Assembly (NCBI GenBank): GCA_963693365.1 | Contig: CAVNZM010000007.1 | Location: 5,701,962-5,765,961, forward strand | Source of the DNA: Amoebidium appalachense | Lineage: Eukaryota > Protista > Ichthyosporea | Direction: 5' to 3' | Length of the DNA stretch: 64,000 nucleotides | In this document: one piece after another, positions 55,505 through 64,000 of the stretch | Numbering within the stretch: the stretch's first letter is position 1 | Layout of the letters: each line of letters starts with the position of its first letter | The notes under the pieces: generated by a model | What the model was told of the DNA's origin: nothing | The model's input: the letters and a program-made list of their open reading frames with translations, nothing else | Database searches by the model: none | Program-made: the position numbers and the translations under genes

Positions 55505-56533
55505 ACTGTACGGGTGCACACAGAGCAGTAGGCCAAGAAAAAGAGAGAAGGGAACCCTGGGGGGACGAGGGGAGGGGAGGACGGGGGGGGGGGGGGGGGG
55601 GGGAGGGGGGGGGTTTGAATGCGGAACACAGTACGAAGTAGTATGCAACATCAGCCATGCGCACAGTATGCGTCATAAGCAGAGCCCATCCGGGCAGGCG
55701 CTAATGGGTAACCACCAAGAAACAGAAGTTTTTTTACGACTGGGCCACCCTAGGAAGGGAGAGGGAGGGAGCCAGCTTAGGGAGGGAGAGGGAGGGACTA
55801 CAAATACAAACAGGCAGGGTGAGTGAAGAAGGGAGGAAGGAGGACGGGAGGAGCAGGGGGACGAACGAAAAAGTCGAGATGGGGCGCAGACAGACGGAGA
55901 AACTGTGAGAGAGAATCATGCGGAATAGCGAAAGGAAAAGGGGAAAGGGGGATATGGGGAGTGAAAAGTATGTGGGGAGCACGATTAAAACAGGCAGGGG
56001 AGGAGAGGGATGTGTAAATCGGAGAATGTTCATGTTTGAAGGGACAGAGAGACTTACCATGCTCGAAGAAAGGATGTAGGCGGGCGATGAAGCCTTCCCC
56101 CGCTCAACCCCCCCGACCCGGGTCCCGGGAGGGGGGGGGGGGGTGATGGGAGTGGGCGCAATGAATTCTCGCACAAGCTTTGCACCTTCTAAATGGAGAT
56201 TTGGGGGCGTACCATAAAAGGACGAGAGACTGTAACTGTGCTGAGGTTTATTGGAGACCAGGTTCCAGCGGTCGGTGAACCACAGGTTCATGTTTGAACT
56301 CTACAACAGTGGCAGAATAGGCATACCGAGACGTGGGACCATCTATACGTACATCACAATAAAAGGAGGATCGGACCAAACATTCACATTTTCGTGTGGT
56401 GGGCATCGGAAGGAAAAGGAAGCCCAATACTTAAAATTTCATACCGTGCCTGAAAACACACATCACCTGCTAACATGCTAAACCCCCTTTGCAATTAAGG
56501 GGGGATGCGCGAACCTTTTTAAAAGTTCCCTTT

Positions 56534-57613
56534 TTACATGTTAAGGAGGACAGTCTCGCAGATGATGCGGGTGACGAGGTAGGGGTCGCAGTTGGAGGCG
56601 GGGCGACGGTCCTCAAGGTAACCCTTGCCATCAAGGTGGCACTGACGGGGGATACGGATGGAGGAACCGCGGTGGGCGACGCCGTAAGAGAACTGGTCGA
56701 TGGAGGCAGTCTCATGGCGACCGGTGAGGCGGCGCTCGTTGCCCTTGCCATAAACGGCAATGTGCTTCTCGTGGTTCTTCTCGAACTTGGGCATGGAATC
56801 GAGGATAACCTTCATGCCGCCGTCCTGGCGCATAGCCTCGGTGGAGAAGTTGGTGTGGCAGCCAGCGCCGTTCCAGTCGCCGGGGATGGGCTTGGGGTCC
56901 ATCGAGCAGATAACCCCGAAATCCTCACACACGCGGTGCATGATGAAGCGGGCCATCCACAGGTGGTCAGCCATCTCAATACCCACGCAGGGACCGACCT
57001 GGAACTCCCACTGGCCAGGCATGACCTCAGCGTTGGAGCCGGCAATCTTCACGCCAGCGTAGATGCATGCGCGGTAGTGTGCCTCCACAACGTCGCGGCC
57101 GAACACCTTGTTGGAGCCCACACCGCAGTAGTAGGGGCCCTGGGGGCCGGGGTAGCCACCCTTGGGCCAGCCGAGGGGGGTGATACCGTCGTTGTCGAAG
57201 AGGGTGTACTCCTGCTCCATACCGAACCAGGGGATCTCAGCCTTGCACTTCTCCATAACGGCGTTGCAGCGAGAGCGGTGGTTGGTGGGGTGGGGGGAAC
57301 CGTCGGGGTTCAGGGTCTCGCACATGACGAGGATGTTGTCGTTGCGGCGGAAGGGGTCCTTGAAGATGGAAACGGGGCGGATAAGAACGTCAGAGTCCTC
57401 ACCCTCAGCCTGGCCGGTGGAGGAACCGTCGAAGTTCCAGATAGGGAGCTCATCGGGGGAAGCGGGCACCTTGGTGAGAGTGCGCGACTTGCAGCGCATG
57501 TTCTCGAGGGTGCCGTCAATCCACACGTACTTGGCCTGGATGGCGCCATCCTGGGGGAGGGTGAGGAAGTGATCCCTCAGCTGCTTGCTGTTGTTCATCG
57601 AAACGGGCGCCAT
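56534..57613 (-). CDS. GLUL: Glutamine synthetase, type II (eukaryotic), 359 aa, intronless CDS
   Basis: [103 protein letters not shown]. Confidence 0.98.
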   Translation of the reverse strand: MAPVSMNNSKQLRDHFLTLPQDGAIQAKYVWIDGTLENMRCKSRTLTKVPASPDELPIWNFDGSSTGQAEGEDSDVLIRPVSIFKDPFRRNDNILVMCETLNPDGSPHPTNHRSRCNAVMEKCKAEIPWFGMEQEYTLFDNDGITPLGWPKGGYPGPQGPYYCGVGSNKVFGRDVVEAHYRACIYAGVKIAGSNAEVMPGQWEFQVGPCVGIEMADHLWMARFIMHRVCEDFGVICSMDPKPIPGDWNGAGCHTNFSTEAMRQDGGMKVILDSMPKFEKNHEKHIAVYGKGNERRLTGRHETASIDQFSYGVAHRGSSIRIPRQCHLDGKGYLEDRRPASNCDPYLVTRIICETVLLNM

Positions 57614-57691
57614 TTTCGTTGTGTGAGTGTGGAGTCAGCAGACAGGCCCGTGATTCCGTGTGTACTGCGGCTGACCACGAGGAAAAAGCGC

Positions 57692-57768
57692 TATATATAC
57701 TCTGCGAAGTGTGTTGTCTATATTTGGCAGGGAGATTGGCATGCGTGATATTTGAGGTTAGTGATTGG
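57692..57768 (-). promoter_or_regulatory. TATA box and two CCAAT boxes upstream of glutamine synthetase
   Basis: TATATATA at 57692-57699 (~80 bp before the ATG); minus-strand CCAAT at 57735-57739 and 57764-57768. Confidence 0.6.
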
Positions 57769-60700
57769 TCAAAGAGGGTTTAAATGATAGACATAATTAG
57801 ATGGGACTATCAGCGTTGGGATCCTGGCGTCATGCCCACCTGGTGACGAGCAGCTGGTCAATAAATACAAAGAAAATTTGATCACTTCTTTTAGAAACCA
57901 GATTTGTGAATATAATTGGATATAACACAGTGCCTTTACCTTTCTACGACAGCCATTTTCGGTTCCCACAAATTCCACTGCCGTAACCAGGGTATGGTAT
58001 CACCGGCACGTCGTTTTTCGTCATTTTTGCAAATTTGTTGAGAAAGCGAACCAATGAAACAGTGGCTCACATTTGATGATTGGCTTACAAAATCTATTTC
58101 TGCAACAACGCGTGACCATCGTCGCATTCGCATGTTGCTGCACAATTATCAGTACACCCAACCTTTTTCTGTTTTTGAGAATAATCCCTACACACCGTAT
58201 TGTAATTTGTAAGTAGAGCAAAAACAGCATTTATTTAGCGAGTTTTCATCAGCTTCGGTAAGTCCGCTCCCAACAACTCCCACGCAGTCCCAACAACAAA
58301 GTTTACCACCATCTTGGATCTGATTGGTACGCGATCCTCGTCCATTCTCCCAACACTCCTCGTCATATATGGGGCATTCGCTGCTGTGGGTTTTTTACAT
58401 TTTAAATTTTTTATCCTTAGCTATTAATGTTAGTATAAGAGGAATCATAAATCTACTGGTTGTATATATACAGGGCTGAAATCCGGCAGCAGGCGACTGG
58501 CAGGTATGTAAAGCAACGGTTCTTACACTTCAGAAATCAGATTATGCACAAGCACAAGCTTAAGCACATTTCCAAGCGAATCCATAGTACTGATTATGAA
58601 ACCCGCACGATCATGGTGTTAAGTTTTTGGTTTACTCTTGAGTGTGTGTGTGCCAGAAATTTTTCACTTCTTTGAGGTTCAGGCGTCCGAGTTCTGACAG
58701 GGCTTCGATTGCACTAAAAATGGCCACACATATATAGGCCCTCAAATTTCTCATGTGGGAAAAGCATGCAACCGGTGCCCCCCAAGAGCAAGTATCAGGA
58801 GATCTACTCCAGCCCGTGTGGGCCGTGGCCGCGCATGCGCGCGGCGGTCCGGATCCGAGTCACTGAGTCATCAGGCCGTATGCATACAATTGTATAATGC
58901 TACGAAATAAAAAAATGCATGGAAGACAAATATAAAGAACTGCGGGGCATTTTGCAGAGAATAAATATTTCATGACGATTCATGTTGGACAAAGTCTTTC
59001 CACTTCGTTGCAGTACACATGTGCAGCGTTGAGCTGTTCTGCCGCGGGCCCGCGGCCTCCGGGCAACAGCTTTTCTTGGAATTTTTATGAGCCACGTACA
59101 TGCTGCATTGCGGAATGCATACTTTCGATCGCGAGGCTCCCTGAGGCCTGCTCTTTCATGTAAGACACAAAGAATGCATATTCTTAGAGAAAAGGCTACT
59201 TGTATATATATGCGGCTGCTCCTCTTTTTTCTTCAAGTGGTCATCACGGCGCAGGTGAATGGCGCTGTGGCATAGCCGTGTAGACGGCGTGGTGCTCAGT
59301 ACTGTAGAGAATCATGGATAAAAGCCACACTCGCTCTTGATTGGCTCAGCTTGCATCAGATAAGTCGCTCAGCCAATCGCGCCCCGATCCTCTTGATCAC
59401 ATTTTGATTGGTGTTCCGGTCGGCGGCAATTTCTAAGTGGTTCGCTATTAGCCAATCATCTCGAATGTAAACAAAGAAAGCATTTGGCGCCTCCCCAGGT
59501 TCACGTGTAAGCACGCGATCTGTAGTAATTATGCAAAGATGATCTGCCTGCAAAGCACGACCGTCGTTTGTTTTTCTTTCCTCTTGAGTTTTTTTCCCCC
59601 TCACCCCCTGTTGCTTTTTTCTTCTAGTTTTGTATTGTTTTGTTCGTTGCAGGTCCAAAAATCTGCGAGAAATACGTGAGAAGTTGAGAAGCATGTCTTC
59701 GCTTTTTTCTTTTTTCCCTTCCACTATCTCTTGGCAAGATCTTCGGTTTTTTTCTTTTTAGCCTTCCGATCTCTTGCCAAGGTCTACGGAGTTTTCCCTT
59801 TTCTCCGTTTCTTCAAAGACACGTGCTCTTCGGAATGACCATGAGGCTGTCAGCATTAGCCAGCAGAGGAGCAAGATAGTCGCATTACGCTTGGCAAAAT
59901 AGTTTAGTATGAGAGGTATACATAGTGAAAACATGAAAAAGCGATAAACCGGCAGTCATCGAAAAGGCCAGGCTTGAACCGGACCTGCATTTGAATGCAA
60001 GGGGACGGGTTGGAGATGAGAGGCAGATGCTTCCATCTTCTGTGCTACGCCTTATGTGACAAGGTATGATGGTAGGCCTAGACATCTCCCACTGTGTTAA
60101 AGCTATGGTTGTGTTGCACGCTTTTAGATCATCCAGTGTCTCTATGTTCTTGGTTAAAACCTAGGGTCTGGCCTGTGCTGGTGCATTGGCCACCAAACTT
60201 TGTGTGTTCGAGTTTTTTAAGGTTACACGAAGCCTAGCTCGACATCCAAATGACCTATATAGAATGTCTGTGGTTTGGGATTGTCATATCCTTTCATCTG
60301 CCTACACATTCCTCTACTAACACACACCCACACCTACCCTCCGCTGAGTCCCAGAAACCTGCACACGTGCCCTACTATCTGACCGACACACCCATACACA
60401 TAACCCTCCTCTTTCCGTTGCACACACACACACACAAACACACATCTTCAATGCTAACTGCAACCAGGATCGCCTTTAGGTGACGTTTCACTTTGTGGAG
60501 CGCTAGCCAGGACACCTTTGCTTTGGAATTCTCAGTCGATTACTTGTTCTGTTCGAAACCGTTTAGTATGCTTTCTGCCTCAAGGGGGCTTAGTGTTAGC
60601 TCTTATGGATTTTAGGTGGCAGATCGGGGTGACTGCGAGCATGTCTTCTTGTCTTTGAAACGAAGCAACCTCCTTCCCCCCCCCTCCCCCTCCCCCCCCC

Positions 60701-60847
60701 CCCCCCCCTTTCACCCGTTTCCCTGCCTGCCCTCTCCCTCTATCCCACCCGTCCACCTCGCCAACCTTACCCACACCGTTCCAAGCATGCTTTTTCTTTA
60801 TGCGGCATGGCATGTACGTGTGCATAACACACACACACACACACACA

Positions 60848-60886
<39 letters not shown>

Positions 60887-61660
60887 CCGTGCTAGACTCT
60901 GTTTGGGTTTTAGTGAAAACCTCCCCCCCCCCCCCCCCCCCCCTCTCTCTCTCACTCCCTCTCTCTCTCACCCACTCTCACCCCGCGCGCGCGCAAAAAA
61001 AATAAAAATAAAAATAAAAAAAAGGTAAATGGAGAGCTTTACTACAAGCACACACAGTGTTCACAATAGCATGGCTCAGATGGCCTAATCTTATACTTAA
61101 AGGAAGAAACGTGTATGGGTGCATTGGTATTGTGGTGTATGTATACCATCCTGTCTGGGGTATAGGCAGAGCCAAGTGCATGAAGATAGCCTCTGTGAGG
61201 TGAAACGGAATGAAATAAAGAATATAAAATACGATAAAAACACAAACAGTCTCGTTTTGTCATCAAACTTGAAGCACATACTTGAAAGCTCGCTGCTTTT
61301 ATCAGAATTGGCATACAGAGGTAAGGTGGTCGTTTTTGACTGTCATCTTGGTTTCTCTTTCTGGTTGTGTTTTGTACACTGGGTCTTGTTAGCTGGCCTG
61401 CTTACTGCCTTAGGGTCAACACTGCAGATATAGTTTGCTCTATTTACTTTACCGTTACTCAATATTTATGTTCTCTTTTTGCTCTAGTTACCTCGATATT
61501 TTACGGTGGTATTTTCTTGATAGTTAATTCTAGCTTACTGACTATATAAGTATGCTCTTGGTCTGACCCTTGCTCTATCTGGTTGGTACTGCCAATCACA
61601 TATTAGGGCATTTGTCTTGTTGTGGGTATATATTTTTGTCTCGCTTGGCTCTTGTCTCCT

Positions 61661-61711
<51 letters not shown>

Positions 61712-61888
61712 CCGGGCAGTCTGCCACATTGTGTAGTCCGTCATGGATGTGTACTTGTGTACCTTCCCTATTCTCTCCCTCTCTCTGTCGTTCTCCTCTC
61801 TCTCATCGTCTATACATAGAAAATCAAATAAAGAACAAACGAAACCAAACTTTTACGGATTCGCTTGCGAAGTCATGGTGGACCCCCC

Positions 61889-61926
<38 letters not shown>

Positions 61927-62142
61927 TCCCCCTCCCTTTCCCCTGCGGCTTTCCCCTCCCACCCCCTCCCACCTTCCTCTCTCCAAACTGCCTACGCACA
62001 TCCACATTGAGTCGTGTGTGAAAGCTTGCTGCTGTACATCACTAAAAGGGACGGCTGCGGAGCCTTTTAGTGTTAAAAGCTTTGCACGGACGGAGGAGAG
62101 TTTAAAGCCCATGAGCGCTCACACCCGTTTTGGGGAAGGAGG

Positions 62143-62176
<34 letters not shown>

Positions 62177-62214
62177 ACGCGCGCGCTTATGTGTGGTGAT
62201 GATGGTGGTGGTGT

Positions 62215-62273
<59 letters not shown>

Positions 62274-62388
62274 AGGGACAGAGGTGCAGTTCAACTACTG
62301 CGAGCATAGACTTTGAGATTTTCCTCAACCGAGGCCACCAAACACTCCAAAATGACTACTGAATCGAAACCACACATTATCATCCCTT

Positions 62389-62427
<39 letters not shown>

Positions 62428-63399
62428 ACAAAAAAAAAAAAAAAAAAAGAAAGAAAAAACACCGTGGCCACCCACAAACGGCTGGTCAAGGAAAATCGAA
62501 AGAATCAAACAAACGATGACATCATAACCATCCCAAAATGATCTCCATTGCAGAAGGCAAGAAAAAAAAAATGAAAAGACCTAAACGAGCCCCCCCCCTC
62601 CCCCTCTTCCCTCCCCCCCCTTTGGTACATGCATGTGCATACACACACAACATATGGCAACCACCATCATCACCACGGGTACGTATTATTCATAATCATC
62701 CCATGGGCAACACCCGACCCCTTCTAGATCTACCCGACACATCAAAATGTAAAACTCGCAAGCCAAGAACAGCGCAGCCCGGCACCATCAGCACAGACGC
62801 CACTACTCACGTCTACAAGCTTGAACAGGGAATTTGAAATCCTTCAACTAAAAGTTGTGTATATTAAACACTTCCCCGATGATTATTGGACTAAATTCTT
62901 CGAAGATGTTTTTTGAAATAACTAAAAAAGTATTTATATGCACAGAGATGATATATAGGGCGGGAAGCCTCGCAAGGAGGGTAGGAGGACATCTGAAGAC
63001 CATGACCATCCCATGGCTTCTTTCCCGACGTCGGACCAAATATTCACGCACAAACAACGTGAGAGATGATCATGATTATCATCATGACTGCGATGGAAGA
63101 TCAGCACTTTTCTCACCCCTGGCTCTGTTATAACGAGTACAATGATAACATTAAATACATAACATATACTTCGTGAATGTCCCTTCGAGTGACATGATCC
63201 CACGAAAATGGCCGGACTGGGACGTCTGGGAGTTTATTTATGTATGATATTTTCGCACTGGCCCAACAGCCTGCTGTTAAATGGTGTTAACCACGTGAGG
63301 CTTCGTGTCTGTGATGCTTTTCTTTTCTCTCTTTCTTCTTTTCCTTCTTGATGGTGATGGTGATGGGAGGGGGTGGCGTGCGGTGGTGACTGTGTGTGT

Positions 63400-63459
<60 letters not shown>

Positions 63460-63583
63460 GGTTGGTTAGTTAATTGGGTAAATTTACTCAGGGCTGGAAT
63501 TTGAATGCATGCGTGACGGTCGGGTGGGTGAGTGAGTGAGTCGCGGTGCCGGTGCACGCGCGCAACACTGTGTGTGTGTGTAG

Positions 63584-63614
<31 letters not shown>

Positions 63615-64000
63615 AGGGGGGGGAGGGGGGGAAGGGGGGGGGGGGGACTAGATACAGCCTTCATGAACAATAGCGGATGAATTTTCAGCTGATGAGTATT
63701 GATGTCGGTATCACCCACAGGCAAAAAAAAAGCACTCAGGGTGGCCGTGCATGTGTGTGTGCGTATACAAGTGTATGTACATGCACGTGTGTTTGCAATT
63801 GTTGTATAAGATGGTGGTGTGTGTGTGTGGGGGGGAGGGGGGGGGGGCGGATTATAAACGGTACTACTATGATGTGCACCTATGCTGAGCTCACGAGGAC
63901 AAATATAGTTACAGTACATCAGGGTACATACACGCACACGCAAGTCACTTTGAAAAGTTTATGTTAAGTACGTGATGCGCTCGGTTTATATATGACGTCT

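Noticed and set aside
56489-57748. 419-aa plus-strand ORF overlapping glutamine synthetase
   Set aside because: Antisense shadow of a codon-biased gene; no recognisable motifs.

Overview
Eukaryotic genomic DNA with GT-AG introns, saturated with (AC)n/(GT)n microsatellites and long C/G/A/T homopolymers. Gene content (beta-adaptin, cyclin Y, SLC41, type II glutamine synthetase) suggests an opisthokont, possibly a unicellular holozoan; this is inference only. The first ~9.5 kb is a transposon nest: a frameshifted Ty3/Gypsy chromovirus with its PPT and 3' LTR, an inverted solo LTR with a 5-bp TSD that splits an older minus-strand ORF, LINE RT and piggyBac remnants, and a Helitron-like 3' end. Four host genes follow: a 22-exon AP-1/AP-2 beta subunit (10061-26590, ~971 aa, assembled by hand), a 6-exon cyclin Y (29189-33218, ~542 aa), an intronless SLC41/MgtE Mg2+ transporter (39811-41196) and an intronless glutamine synthetase (56534-57613, minus). 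The 44-56 kb spacer holds a hAT MITE, a TTAA-flanked MITE and six same-orientation copies of a dispersed repeat. The strongest novelty candidate lies in that repeat: a ~155-nt minus-strand structured RNA in which two diverged variants keep covarying stems, a canonical kink-turn and a covarying pseudoknot, and whose copies all end in CATTCAA(A) next to poly(C). Also notable are degenerate copies of exon 3' ends inside three consecutive beta-adaptin introns, complementary repeat tracts within introns, and an RS-rich insert in the adaptin hinge. All analysis was by eye; no searches were run.
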